Part shown: piece after piece, positions 7,949 to 17,605 of the stretch
Numbering within the stretch: position 1 is the first letter of the stretch
How the letters are laid out: each line of letters starts with the position of its first letter
Source of the DNA: an uncultured Thermoanaerobaculia bacterium
GTDB lineage: Bacteria > Acidobacteriota > Thermoanaerobaculia > Thermoanaerobaculales > Sulfomarinibacteraceae
Assembly: GCA_964609835.1 (NCBI GenBank)
Contig: CAZSTH010000002.1
Location: 19,227 to 83,226, forward strand
DNA length: 64,000 nt
Reading direction: 5' to 3'
The notes under the pieces: model-generated
The model's input: only the letters and a program-made list of their open reading frames with translations
Databases searched by the model: none
What the model was told of the DNA's origin: nothing
Position numbers and translations under genes: made by a program

Positions 7949-10678
7949 ATGACGGCGGATTCCAGTCCCGGCCGGCGCGACAACTCCCGGTCGAACCTGT
8001 TCGAGATCCGCACCGGTGAGGTTCTCGGCAAGCTGCCGCGCGGAATCGCGGAACGCGGCTACCACCTCTATCAGGATCGCCGCGTGGTCAAGATCACCTG
8101 GACCGGACAGGATCTCGAGTCGGAGCTCGTATCGCCGCCGTGCACGGTCTGCATCTCCGATGTCAGCGGATCCCTGTTTCCATCCAGCGACTGCTCCTCG
8201 TGCGGCACCCGGGACATCCCCTGCCATCATGCCGCGGCCACCATGCTGCAGTGGATGGACATCCGCTCCACCATGCAGCGGCTCGGCCCAGGCGCCATGT
8301 GGCGGGCGAACTCCCGCCACCCATTCATCTCGCCGGGGCGCACGTCGGCCGAGCGGGTCGACCTCAGCCACCTCACCGGCGGCGACCTGCGCTCCGCGCT
8401 CGAACTCCAGCTGTCGCTGCAGAAGACCGGGACCGCCACTGCGAGACTCTCCGGCAACGACGTCGAGGTCCGCATCGCCCTGCCCTCGGGCGACGAGAGA
8501 CTGGTGTTCTTCACCGCTTCGAACCTGTCGGTCGCGCTGCCCATGCTGCGCACGCTGCCCTCGATCCGTCTCGAGGGGGAGCTCGCCAAGCTCGAGCTGT
8601 CCGAGGCGAGACTGCGCCCGGTGCTGCTCGCGACCTGGAACGACCGCGGCATAGTCCTCGAACCCGGTTACCGGCTCGGCACCGGGCAGGTTTTCACCGG
8701 CGAGGCGCTCGCCGACACGATCCACGGACGATGGGCGCGAATCGGGAGGCACCTGTGCCGGCTGCTCGACCCCGCGACCCCCCTGGTGCCATTCCACCGC
8801 CAGGGCAAGCGAGTGCTGACCGGCAGGGAGGCCCTGCGCTTCCTCAACCTCGACCATCCGCAGCTCCGTCAGCACTCGTGGTACCTGCCCCAGGGCCAGC
8901 TGGCGACGTTCCGCCAGCCGCAGGTGCCGGTACCGGCCTCATTCGAGGCCGAGCTGACGCCCAACGGAAAAATCCGCCTGCGGCCCAGCTTCTCGGTCGA
9001 GGACACCGAGTTCACCTGGCCGGACGCCCTGCAGCTGCTGGAGAGCGGATTCACCCGGGTCGGTGAAGCGATCGTCCGCGCTCCGGAGCTGTCGATGCTC
9101 GAAGGGATCGGCTTCAAGATGCCCCGCCGGCGCCGCGATCTCGGGTTGCTCGGCAGCCGGGTCGCCTTCATCCGCCTGGTGGCCGAGACCGGCCTTCCCG
9201 TCGAGGGCCCCGACGAGGACCTCGCCGAACTGGCGGCGGTCCTCCAGGGTCGCAACGGTCGCGAGACCGTGTCCCCTCCAAGGCTGCGTTCGAACCTGCG
9301 ACCCTATCAGGCAGAGGGAGTCGCCTGGCTGTGGGGCCGCTATCTGATCCGGGTCGGCGCCCTCCTGGCCGATGACATGGGGCTCGGCAAGACCCACCAG
9401 GTAATGGGCCTGCTCTGCCTGCTGGCCGACCGGGAGCCGGCGGCACAGTCGCTCGTCGTATGCCCTCGCGGCGTCCTCGAACACTGGTACACGCTGCTCG
9501 GAAGGTTCGCGCCGGACCTGCCGGTACGGATGTTCCACGGTCCGGCGCGGACGCTGAGGGGTTTCGACCGCGGCGGCATTGTCCTCACCACCTACGACAT
9601 CCTCTTCCGCTCGACCGATGATCTGATCGACCGGGAGTGGGCGGTGGCGGTCTTCGACGAGGCCCAGAGGATCAAGAACCCGCGCACCAAGGCCGCACGA
9701 GCCGCGCGCAAGATCCCGGCCTCGTTCCGTCTCGCCCTGACCGGCACGCCGCTGGAGAACCGGCTCCTGGAGCTGTGGTCGGTCGTCGATTTGATCGTCC
9801 CCGGCTACCTCGGCTCGGAGCGGGAGTTCCGGTCGACCCACCGTGACCCCTCCCACCACCAGCTTCACCTCCTGCGCCAGCGCCTCGGCGCCCTCACTCT
9901 GCGACGGGTCAAGGAGCAGGTCCTGGCAGATCTGCCGGAGAAGTTCGAGGACATCCGCTACTGCCACATGCTTCCAGCACAGCGCGAGCTCTACCGCAGG
10001 ATCCACCGCCACCGATCGCATGAGATCCTGCAGCTACTGCGAAAGGAGCAGGAGGAGATCCCGTACATGCACATCTTCGCCCTCCTGACCCGGCTCAAGC
10101 AGGTCTGCGACCACCCTGACCTGGTGGAGGATGAGGGGCACTCCGGCAACGGATCGGCAAAGATCGAGATCCTCGACGAGATCCTCGACGAGGCTCTCGA
10201 CGGAGGTCTCCAGGTCGTGGTCTTCTCGCAGTACGTCAAGATGATCGAGATCCTGACCGCCCACCTCGACCGCCGCAAGGTCGATCACCTGGTCCTCACG
10301 GGCTCCACCAGGGACCGCGGGCGGATCGTCCGCCGCTTCAACTCGGGCCAGCACGAAAAGGTGCTGCTTGCCAGCCTGCTGGCAGGCGGGGTCGGAATCG
10401 ATCTCACCGGAGCGTCGGTGGTCCTCCACTACGACCGTTGGTGGAACCCGGCCAAGGAGAACCAGGCCACCGACCGTGTCCACCGCATCGGCCAGCGGCG
10501 GTTCGTGCAGGTCTTCAAGCTGTTGACACGCGACTCCATCGAGGAGCGGATCGATCAGTTGATCCGCAAGAAGGCGGATCTCATGGACCGCGTCGTCGCG
10601 CCGACCGAGGACGTCATCGGTACCCTCAGCCGCGCCGAGATCGTCGATCTACTGGATCTCGAGGTGGTCGAGACATAG
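7949..10678 (+). CDS. SNF2-family helicase with N-terminal SWIM zinc finger
   Basis: SWIM motif: CSSCGTRDIPCHHAAATMLQW. Helicase motifs: LADDMGLGKT, DEAQRIKNP, LTGTPLENRLLELWS, FSQY, GGVGIDLTGA, WWNPAKENQATDRVHRIGQ. Confidence 0.9.
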   Translation: MTADSSPGRRDNSRSNLFEIRTGEVLGKLPRGIAERGYHLYQDRRVVKITWTGQDLESELVSPPCTVCISDVSGSLFPSSDCSSCGTRDIPCHHAAATMLQWMDIRSTMQRLGPGAMWRANSRHPFISPGRTSAERVDLSHLTGGDLRSALELQLSLQKTGTATARLSGNDVEVRIALPSGDERLVFFTASNLSVALPMLRTLPSIRLEGELAKLELSEARLRPVLLATWNDRGIVLEPGYRLGTGQVFTGEALADTIHGRWARIGRHLCRLLDPATPLVPFHRQGKRVLTGREALRFLNLDHPQLRQHSWYLPQGQLATFRQPQVPVPASFEAELTPNGKIRLRPSFSVEDTEFTWPDALQLLESGFTRVGEAIVRAPELSMLEGIGFKMPRRRRDLGLLGSRVAFIRLVAETGLPVEGPDEDLAELAAVLQGRNGRETVSPPRLRSNLRPYQAEGVAWLWGRYLIRVGALLADDMGLGKTHQVMGLLCLLADREPAAQSLVVCPRGVLEHWYTLLGRFAPDLPVRMFHGPARTLRGFDRGGIVLTTYDILFRSTDDLIDREWAVAVFDEAQRIKNPRTKAARAARKIPASFRLALTGTPLENRLLELWSVVDLIVPGYLGSEREFRSTHRDPSHHQLHLLRQRLGALTLRRVKEQVLADLPEKFEDIRYCHMLPAQRELYRRIHRHRSHEILQLLRKEQEEIPYMHIFALLTRLKQVCDHPDLVEDEGHSGNGSAKIEILDEILDEALDGGLQVVVFSQYVKMIEILTAHLDRRKVDHLVLTGSTRDRGRIVRRFNSGQHEKVLLASLLAGGVGIDLTGASVVLHYDRWWNPAKENQATDRVHRIGQRRFVQVFKLLTRDSIEERIDQLIRKKADLMDRVVAPTEDVIGTLSRAEIVDLLDLEVVET

Positions 10679-10713
10679 AAGTCTGAGTTAGGAATTACGA
10701 CTGGAGGTTGACC

Positions 10714-10902
10714 ATGGCTGCGCCCGAGTTCCTGATCTGCGGAGAGTGCGAGAGCCCGGTCTATGTCTTCGAGTGGGACGGCCAGCGAGTCACCGAGGCC
10801 ATTTGCTCGGCCTGCGGCAACGACAAGCTCGCGCTCTTCAGCACCGACGAGGATTACGGAGAGGAGATGGCACTCCGGAACGTTGAAGCCGGTGAAGAGT
10901 AG
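10714..10902 (+). CDS. small zinc-ribbon protein (CxxC...CxxC) with acidic tail
   Basis: MAAPEFLICGECESPVYVFEWDGQRVTEAICSACGND.... GGAGG lies 6 nt upstream of ATG 10714. The ORF is wedged between the SNF2 and GH57 genes with short gaps. Confidence 0.5.
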   Translation: MAAPEFLICGECESPVYVFEWDGQRVTEAICSACGNDKLALFSTDEDYGEEMALRNVEAGEE

Positions 10903-10911
10903 CCACGTTTC

Positions 10912-13536
10912 ATGGCAACGATTTCTTTCCTCTGGCATCTTCATCAGCCGGCCTACCGCACCCGCGATGCCGTCGCTCACGCCCCTTGGGTTCTGCTGCA
11001 CGCCGGTGGCGCTTACACCACGCTGGCGCGTGCCATCAGCGATTCCGGCGGCGCCGGCCAGGTCCTCAACATCGTGCCGACCCTCCTCGAGCAGCTGTTG
11101 GCATACGCCGAAGACCGGGTCGATGACCCGGTGCTCGAGGCCCTCTCCACACCGGTCAGCCACTTCACCGCGGCCCAGCGCGACACCCTGACCTCGTGGG
11201 CATTCCACGTCAACGCCCGCCAGCTCGCGCGCTACCCGCGGCTCGGTGAGTTGGCCAGCCGGCACCGTTCGCGGTCGGCCGCTGCCGGAAGCCACCGCTT
11301 CGGGCGCGGCGACCTCCGCGATCTCCAAGTGCTCTTCGTCCTCGCGCACGCCGGAGAGCAGGCGTGGACCGATCCGCGCCTCATCCCGCTGTATGAAAAG
11401 CAGCGCGACTTCTCGAACCGCGACCACGAGCAGATGGTGGCATGGCTTCGGGCACAGCCGGGCGAGCTCATCGAGCTGTGGCGGCAGGTTGCGGCGCTGC
11501 CGGCCACCGAGCTCTCGACCTCCCCCTACGCCCACCCGATCATGCCGCTGTTGATCGACACCCGGATCGTCGTCGACAGCTGGTCCCCCCACCCCGCGCC
11601 GCGGGTTCCGGACTTCGCCTATCCGGAGGACGCCCGCTGGCAGCTCGACACCGGCCGCCGGTTCATGAACGAGCACGGCTTCGAGACCGTCGGATGCTGG
11701 CCGCCCGAGGGCTCGGTCTCAGAGGCGGCGGTCGCCCTGTACGGAGAGGCCGGCGTGCGCTGGCTGGTGGCCGACGAGGGCATCCTCGAACGCAGCCTGG
11801 ACCGGCCGCTGCGTGATGCGGCGACCACGGCTCCCGAGCTCTACCGCCCATGGCGGCGGCGCGACGGCGAGCCCGTCCTCTTCTTCCGCGACCGCAACCT
11901 CTCGGACACGATCGGCTTCCGATACGGCCGCTGGGAGGACGAGGGTCGGGCGGCCGAAGATCTCGTGCGCACCCTCGAGCAGGTGGCCGCCTGCCAACCG
12001 AGCGACTCCCACATCGTGGTTGCCCTCGACGGCGAGAACCCCTGGCTGCACTACGCCGAGGGCGGCGGCCGATTCCTGCGCGAGATGATGGGCCGGCTGG
12101 CCGATGCAGGACCGCGCCTCGAACCCGCCACACTCGGCGACATCGCGCTCGAGGCAACGCCGTCCGCGCTCGGCCGGCTGCACCCCGGCTCATGGATCAA
12201 CTCGGTCTTCGCGACCTGGATCGGCCACCCAGAGAAGACCCGCGGCTGGGAGATTTTGGCCGAGGTTCGGAAGGCGATTGCCGAGGCCGCGGTCGAGCGG
12301 CCGCCGTCGCTCCTGCTCGCCGAAGGATCGGACTGGTTCTGGTGGCTGGGCGACGACAATCCGACCGAGCTCGCGCCCCTCTACGACGAGATCTTCCGAC
12401 GCCATCTCGAGGACGCCTGCGAGCAGGCCGGCATCGCCCCCCCTGTGAACCTCGAGGATGCGGTGGCGTTCGACGCCGGAGCGGCACACCGCGGGCGGCC
12501 CTCGTCCCAGCTTCGCTTCTGCGTGGTCAAGCACGCGTGGTCGATCATCGCACCCGAGCGTGGCCGCGATCGGCAACGACGGGCCGTGGAGACCGCCCGC
12601 GAGGCACCGGCTGACGATCCGTTCGCGCCGGGCAACGAGCACCTGACGCCGCCCGAGATCTTCCGACTGCCTCAAGGCGGGCAGCGGCCGTGGCAGGTGC
12701 GGGTCTTCGCGAACTCGTCGCCCGCCCTGCGCGTCGAGGGCGAGGTGGAACGCAGCGCGGTCGGCCTCAACGACACTGTCAGCGGCGTCGGTGCACACGA
12801 GGTGATCGTCGAGACGCCGTCGTCCGATCTCGAGATGGCCGACCTTTCGATCGAACACCTCGAGCTCGTCCTGACCGCCTACCGTGCCCGCCTGCAGGAC
12901 CTTCGGCGCGACCCGCGGCTGCGCTACGTGCTGTTCTTCAAGAACCGCGGACGCGACGCGGGGGCGTCGATCGCCCACGCTCACTCACAGCTGATCGCGA
13001 CGCCGATCATTCCACCGACGGTCGCCGACGAGCTGCGCGCATGCCGGGAGCACTTCCAGCGCCGAGAGCGCTGCCTGCTGTGCGATCTCATCCGCCAGGA
13101 GATGCGGCTCGGCGAGCGGGTCTGCATCGAGACCGGCAGCTTCCTGGCGGTGGCGCCGTTCGCCGCCGCTGCACCGTTCGAAACCTGGATTCTCCCCAAG
13201 GAGCACCGGCACGACTTCGGCCTCGCCACCACCGAGGAGCTGCGCGGCCTCGCAGTGATCCTTCGCGACCTGCTGCGGCGGCTGCGGACAGAGCTTGACG
13301 ATCCCCCCTACAACTTCGTGCTCCACACCGCGCCCAGCCCCCATCCCCGGCCGGGCCGGCCCGACTACTGGACCACCATCGAGCACGATTTCCACTGGCA
13401 CGTGGAGGTGGCGCCGAGATTGCTCCGAGAGGCCGCCTTCGAGTGGGGATCCGGCATCACCATCAACCCGACCTCGCCGGAGGACGCGGCGCGGATCCTG
13501 GCCGAAGCCGACCCCAACGGAACCGACGAGACCTGA
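10912..13536 (+). CDS. fusion protein: glycoside hydrolase family 57 domain + GalT-like hexose-1-phosphate nucleotidyltransferase domain
   Basis: GH57 motifs: MATISFLWHLHQPAYR, ELSTSPYAHPIMPLLID, CWPPEGSVSE, VVALDGENPWLHY. After about residue 520 come GalT motifs: WQVRVFANSSPAL, HAHSQLIATP (HxHxQ), CLLCDLIRQE, HWHVEVAPR. It is a single frame with no stop between the two parts. Confidence 0.85.
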   Translation: MATISFLWHLHQPAYRTRDAVAHAPWVLLHAGGAYTTLARAISDSGGAGQVLNIVPTLLEQLLAYAEDRVDDPVLEALSTPVSHFTAAQRDTLTSWAFHVNARQLARYPRLGELASRHRSRSAAAGSHRFGRGDLRDLQVLFVLAHAGEQAWTDPRLIPLYEKQRDFSNRDHEQMVAWLRAQPGELIELWRQVAALPATELSTSPYAHPIMPLLIDTRIVVDSWSPHPAPRVPDFAYPEDARWQLDTGRRFMNEHGFETVGCWPPEGSVSEAAVALYGEAGVRWLVADEGILERSLDRPLRDAATTAPELYRPWRRRDGEPVLFFRDRNLSDTIGFRYGRWEDEGRAAEDLVRTLEQVAACQPSDSHIVVALDGENPWLHYAEGGGRFLREMMGRLADAGPRLEPATLGDIALEATPSALGRLHPGSWINSVFATWIGHPEKTRGWEILAEVRKAIAEAAVERPPSLLLAEGSDWFWWLGDDNPTELAPLYDEIFRRHLEDACEQAGIAPPVNLEDAVAFDAGAAHRGRPSSQLRFCVVKHAWSIIAPERGRDRQRRAVETAREAPADDPFAPGNEHLTPPEIFRLPQGGQRPWQVRVFANSSPALRVEGEVERSAVGLNDTVSGVGAHEVIVETPSSDLEMADLSIEHLELVLTAYRARLQDLRRDPRLRYVLFFKNRGRDAGASIAHAHSQLIATPIIPPTVADELRACREHFQRRERCLLCDLIRQEMRLGERVCIETGSFLAVAPFAAAAPFETWILPKEHRHDFGLATTEELRGLAVILRDLLRRLRTELDDPPYNFVLHTAPSPHPRPGRPDYWTTIEHDFHWHVEVAPRLLREAAFEWGSGITINPTSPEDAARILAEADPNGTDET

Positions 13537-13553
13537 GCGGCCGCCGGCTCGAT

Positions 13554-14021
13554 TCAGGACGAGCCGGGGCGGCCGAGCTGCCGGGCATCGAGCTCGGCCT
13601 GAACCGCCTCGGCGGCGCGGATGTGGCGCTCTACCAGCGACACCAGACCGCGCTGGTCGATGATCGGCTTGGCGACGTAGTCGTTGGCGCTCGACGAGAA
13701 CAGGAGCCGCTCGCGGTCGCCTTTCATGGCGTGAGCCGTGAGGAGGATGACCGGCAGGTTGAGGCCCTTCGGAAGATCGCGGATCCGCCGGGTCAGCTCG
13801 ACGCCGTCGACCCGCTCGTCGCCGACACGTGTGTGGCCGAGGGAAACGTCCATCAGCACCGCGGCCACCGGCCGCTCGCGAACCACCCGCATCACCTCGT
13901 CTCCGTCGTCGGTTGTGGCGACCTCGAAGCCACCGACCGATTCGAGGATGGCCTGCACCAGCACCGCATTGGCGGGATCGTCCTCGACCACGAGCACCAG
14001 ATCGGCCACCGGCCCTCCCAC
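13554..14021 (-). CDS. single-domain CheY-like response regulator
   Basis: LVLVVEDDPANAVL..., VLMDVSL (phospho-acceptor Asp), PVILLTAHA, DYVAKP. Confidence 0.85.
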   Translation of the reverse strand: MGGPVADLVLVVEDDPANAVLVQAILESVGGFEVATTDDGDEVMRVVRERPVAAVLMDVSLGHTRVGDERVDGVELTRRIRDLPKGLNLPVILLTAHAMKGDRERLLFSSSANDYVAKPIIDQRGLVSLVERHIRAAEAVQAELDARQLGRPGSS

Positions 14022-14051
14022 TCCGAGAGTATCCCGATCCGCAAAACGGGT

Positions 14052-15758
14052 CTAGACCCGCTCCGCGATGAACTCCTCGATCCGCATGCAGTTGACGAGA
14101 TCCGCCGGGGCGGCACCCGCCTTGCGCGCCATCGCGAGGCCCCACCGAACGTCCGCGAGGCCGCCAGTGCTGTGGGCGTCCGGGTTGACCACCAGCCGGA
14201 GTCCCAGCTCCAGGGCCCTCCGTGCCCACCGCCAGTCGAGGTCGAGCCGGTACGGGCTGGCGTTGAGCTCCACCGCCACCCCGTGCTCGGCGCACTCCGT
14301 CAGCACCCGTTCCAGATCGAACTCGTAAGCCGGTCTCGCCAACAGCAGCCTCCCCGTCGGATGCCCCAGAACCCGGCACGCCGGATGTCTGACCGCCGCC
14401 TCCAGACGCTCCGTCTGCCGCTCCCCGGCAAGCCGAAAGGCGGAGTGGACCGACGCCACCACGTACTCGAGCCCGTCCTCGCAACCGTCCGGCAGATCCA
14501 GCGAGCCATCGCTCAGGATGTCGGCCTCGAGGCCCTTGACCACCCGCGGGCCCTTCCCGGCGGCATTGAGCTCGTCGATGCATCGCCACTGTTCGCGCAG
14601 CCGCTCGGCGGAGACGCCGTTGGCGTAGGTCGCCACCGGCGAGTGGTCGGCAATCCCGAGAAACGTCCACCCGAGTCCGGCCGCGGCCGCCGTCATCTCC
14701 GCGACCGACGCCACCCCGTCGGAATCGGTGGTGTGGTTGTGCAGCGCCCCCGCGAGGTCGGTTTCGGTGACCAGCTCCGGCAGGCGACCCGCCGCCGCCA
14801 GCACCACCTCGCCGCCGTCCTCGCGCAACTCCGGCGGGACCCAGGCGCACCCGAGTGCCTCGTAGACCGCATTCTCGTCGACGGTCTCGAGGCGCTCGCC
14901 GCCGCGCCACAGCCCGTCGCGGCGCAGCTCGAGCCCGCACTCGCGCGCCCTGTCGGAGAGAGCCTCGAGGTGGGCCGGAGACCCGGTCGCCCACACCTCG
15001 GCGGCCCCGGCCACGTCCGGCCGCACGATCCGCAGCTCGAGCGTGAGGCTGTCGCCGGCGCGCACGCGCCAGATCCCGTCCGCGGTGCGTTCGGCACCCT
15101 CCAGAAGGCCTGCCAGTCGCCCTACCGCGGCCCCCTCGTCGGCCGCGACCGCCACGAGATCGACGCGGCCTACCGTGTCACAGAAACGGCGTACCTCGCC
15201 GGCGATCGCGACCCTCGTGACCCCCGGCTCGGCACCGACCCGCGCCGCTGCCTCGGCGGCGGCGGCGTGACCCTCGTCGATGAGACGGCGCCCGGCGGCC
15301 TGGCGGGAGAACCTGAGGCCCTCCAGCACGCGTTCCTGGGTCGCGGCACCGAAGCCCTTGAGGTCCAGGAGGCGGTTCTCCCGGCACGCATACTCGAGCT
15401 CGCCCAGGGACGCCACACCGAGCCCACGCCACAGCGCCCGCACCTTCTTCGGCCCGAGCCCGGGCAGCCCGAGCATGTCGCGAACTCCCTCGGGGATCGT
15501 AGACTCGAGCTCCGAGAGCACCTGAGGCCGTGCTCCCGAGGCCATCTCCTCGAGCACGGCAGCGGTTCCCTTACCGATTCCCTTGAGGTCGAGCACCGCG
15601 CCGCTCGCCACCATCTCGGCGAGGTCGCCCTCGACCCTCTCGATCACCCGCGCGGCGTTGTCGAAGGCGCGCACCCGGTGCACGCTGTCACCGTTGACCT
15701 CGAGCAACTTGGAGATCCCGCGCAGCGATCGCGCCAACTCCTTACGATCCAAACCCAT
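14052..15758 (-). CDS. polX: family X DNA polymerase with C-terminal PHP domain (PolX)
   Basis: HhH motifs: LLEVNGDSVHRVRAFDNAARVIE, GIGKGTAAVLEE, GLGPKKVRALW. PHP motifs: LHNHTTDSDG, IADHSP. The ATG at 15758 is preceded by GGAGG. The upstream extension to 15890 was rejected. Confidence 0.9.
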   Translation of the reverse strand: MGLDRKELARSLRGISKLLEVNGDSVHRVRAFDNAARVIERVEGDLAEMVASGAVLDLKGIGKGTAAVLEEMASGARPQVLSELESTIPEGVRDMLGLPGLGPKKVRALWRGLGVASLGELEYACRENRLLDLKGFGAATQERVLEGLRFSRQAAGRRLIDEGHAAAAEAAARVGAEPGVTRVAIAGEVRRFCDTVGRVDLVAVAADEGAAVGRLAGLLEGAERTADGIWRVRAGDSLTLELRIVRPDVAGAAEVWATGSPAHLEALSDRARECGLELRRDGLWRGGERLETVDENAVYEALGCAWVPPELREDGGEVVLAAAGRLPELVTETDLAGALHNHTTDSDGVASVAEMTAAAAGLGWTFLGIADHSPVATYANGVSAERLREQWRCIDELNAAGKGPRVVKGLEADILSDGSLDLPDGCEDGLEYVVASVHSAFRLAGERQTERLEAAVRHPACRVLGHPTGRLLLARPAYEFDLERVLTECAEHGVAVELNASPYRLDLDWRWARRALELGLRLVVNPDAHSTGGLADVRWGLAMARKAGAAPADLVNCMRIEEFIAERV

Positions 15759-15874
15759 CGATCCTCCGTCTCTCTGCCGCATTTGACCGTCGAGCCAAAA
15801 TACGACAAAAACGAGAGATAGCTCCCGAGCAGTCAGCAGCCTACTCTCCGGCATGATATATTTTTCAGTGCCCG

Positions 15875-17605
15875 ATGGACATCGCAGCACGTTTTCGTTC
15901 CAGCCTGACCTACCCCATCGCAGCCACTCTGGTCCTTGTCACCGTGGTTCCGATGGTGCTGGTGGGGTTTCTGCTCACGCACTACAACCGCAGCCATCTG
16001 GAAACCGTCGAGCAACGCTACCTCGTGCGACAGGCGGTCAGCCTCGCCGGTGAGATCGCGCTGTTCATGGTCGGCCACCGCACCCAGCTCGTGAGCACCG
16101 CGCGCACCCTGGAGGTTGCGCCGGAGGTGGATCTCAGCACTTCCGAGGAGCTCCTCCAGGGGATCGGCAACCAGCCCGGCTCGTCCTTCGTGTACCTGGA
16201 GTTGGTACCGCGCACCGATGTCGGGGCCTACGTGATGTCGCCGCAGCTGAAGCAGGCCACGCGCGACGTGCTCGACCCCGAGATCCGTGCAGCCCACGAG
16301 TCGGCGCTGCGAGGCGACCGCACCGAAAAGCTCATCATCGACCTACCGGACAGCGACTCCGCCAAGGCCGTCCTCTCCTACCCGCTGCGCTCGGCCGGCG
16401 GCGACGTCTGGGGCACTCTGACCGGGGTCCTCGACCTCGAGCCGCTGCGCGACCGGGTCTCGTCACCGACCTACGCCGGGGTCCTGGTCAGCGTCGTCGA
16501 CCGCAAGGGCCGGGTGGTGGTGTCCTCGGTCGACAACCTGCGCCGTGTCCAGATGACGGCGTCGCCTCTGGTCCAGGACTTCCTTCGCAACCAGCAGCGC
16601 GTCACCCGCACCTACGAGCACCCGATCGAGTTCGAGGCCGGCGAGGTTCTCGGCTCGGCGGCGCCGGTGGAGGAGTTCGGCTGGGGCGTGGTCATGGAGC
16701 GGCCGACATCGATGGCGTACGCTCCGCTGCGGGTACAGCGCCAACGAACGCTCGGCCTCAGCGTTCTCGCCGCGCTCGTGGCTCTCGGCATCGGCTTCGT
16801 GCTCAGCCGCAAGCTGACGGCGCCGCTGCAAGATCTGGCGGCCAGCTCGTCACAGATCGCGCAGGGTAACCTCGCGGTGCGCACCAACGTCAGCGGCGAC
16901 GACGAGCTCGCCCGTCTCGGCGCCAACTTCAACAACATGGCCGGCAACATCGAGGCGCTTGTCCGGCGCCTCAAGCAGGCGCTGCGCCAAAACCAGGAGC
17001 TGTTCCTCGAGACCATCAAGACGCTGGCCGCCGCGATCGACGCCAAGGATCCCTACACCCGCGGCCACTCCGAGCGCGTCAGCTCCTACTCGATGGCGAT
17101 CTCCCGCCACCTCGGTCTCGGCCAGGAGGAGGTGTTCCGGGTGCACATCGCCGCCATCCTCCACGACGTCGGGAAGCTCGGCATCCGCGACGGCATCCTC
17201 AACAAGCCCGGCGGCCTTTCGGACGACGAGTTTGAGATCATGCGCCAGCACCCGGCCATCGGCGCCCAGATCATGAGCCCGATCCGGATGCTCAAGGACA
17301 TCATCCCCGGCATCCGCAATCACCACGAGACCTGGGAGGGCAGCGGCTACCCGGATCGCCTCAAAGGAGACGAGATCCCGATGGTCGCGCGGATCATCGG
17401 CGTCGCCGACACCTTCGACGCCATGACCACCAATCGCCCGTACCAGCAGGCCATGACCCTCGACTACGTCCTCGCCAAGATGCGCTCGATGTCAGGGATC
17501 CGGTTCGATCCACTGGTGGTGGAAGCGTTCATCGCCGCGGTCGAGGCGGGCGACATCAGCCCGCCTGCCCAGCCGGAGCAGACCGTCACCTCGGAGGTCT
17601 CATGA
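15875..17605 (+). CDS. sensor HD-GYP domain protein (TM - extracytoplasmic sensor - TM - HAMP - HD-GYP)
   Basis: HAMP: LTAPLQDLAASSSQIAQGNLAVR...ELARLGANFNNMAGNI. HD-GYP: DPYTRGHSERV, ILHDVGKLGI, HHETWEGSGYPDRLKGDEIP, ADTFDAMTTNRPY. Confidence 0.9.
   Translation: MDIAARFRSSLTYPIAATLVLVTVVPMVLVGFLLTHYNRSHLETVEQRYLVRQAVSLAGEIALFMVGHRTQLVSTARTLEVAPEVDLSTSEELLQGIGNQPGSSFVYLELVPRTDVGAYVMSPQLKQATRDVLDPEIRAAHESALRGDRTEKLIIDLPDSDSAKAVLSYPLRSAGGDVWGTLTGVLDLEPLRDRVSSPTYAGVLVSVVDRKGRVVVSSVDNLRRVQMTASPLVQDFLRNQQRVTRTYEHPIEFEAGEVLGSAAPVEEFGWGVVMERPTSMAYAPLRVQRQRTLGLSVLAALVALGIGFVLSRKLTAPLQDLAASSSQIAQGNLAVRTNVSGDDELARLGANFNNMAGNIEALVRRLKQALRQNQELFLETIKTLAAAIDAKDPYTRGHSERVSSYSMAISRHLGLGQEEVFRVHIAAILHDVGKLGIRDGILNKPGGLSDDEFEIMRQHPAIGAQIMSPIRMLKDIIPGIRNHHETWEGSGYPDRLKGDEIPMVARIIGVADTFDAMTTNRPYQQAMTLDYVLAKMRSMSGIRFDPLVVEAFIAAVEAGDISPPAQPEQTVTSEVS

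Noticed and set aside
7712-8875. 387-aa minus-strand ORF overlapping the SNF2 gene start
   Set aside because: It is a shadow ORF. Only its last 17 codons, in the AT-rich island, are of any interest, and they are discussed as a mini-ORF rather than called as a feature.
12985-15821. 669-aa (minus, 12985-14994) and 792-aa (plus, 13443-15821) ORFs spanning the GalT end, response regulator and PolX
   Set aside because: Both are Arg/Gly/Pro-rich with no motifs. The alternative frames encode a recognisable GalT, a CheY-like regulator and PolX.
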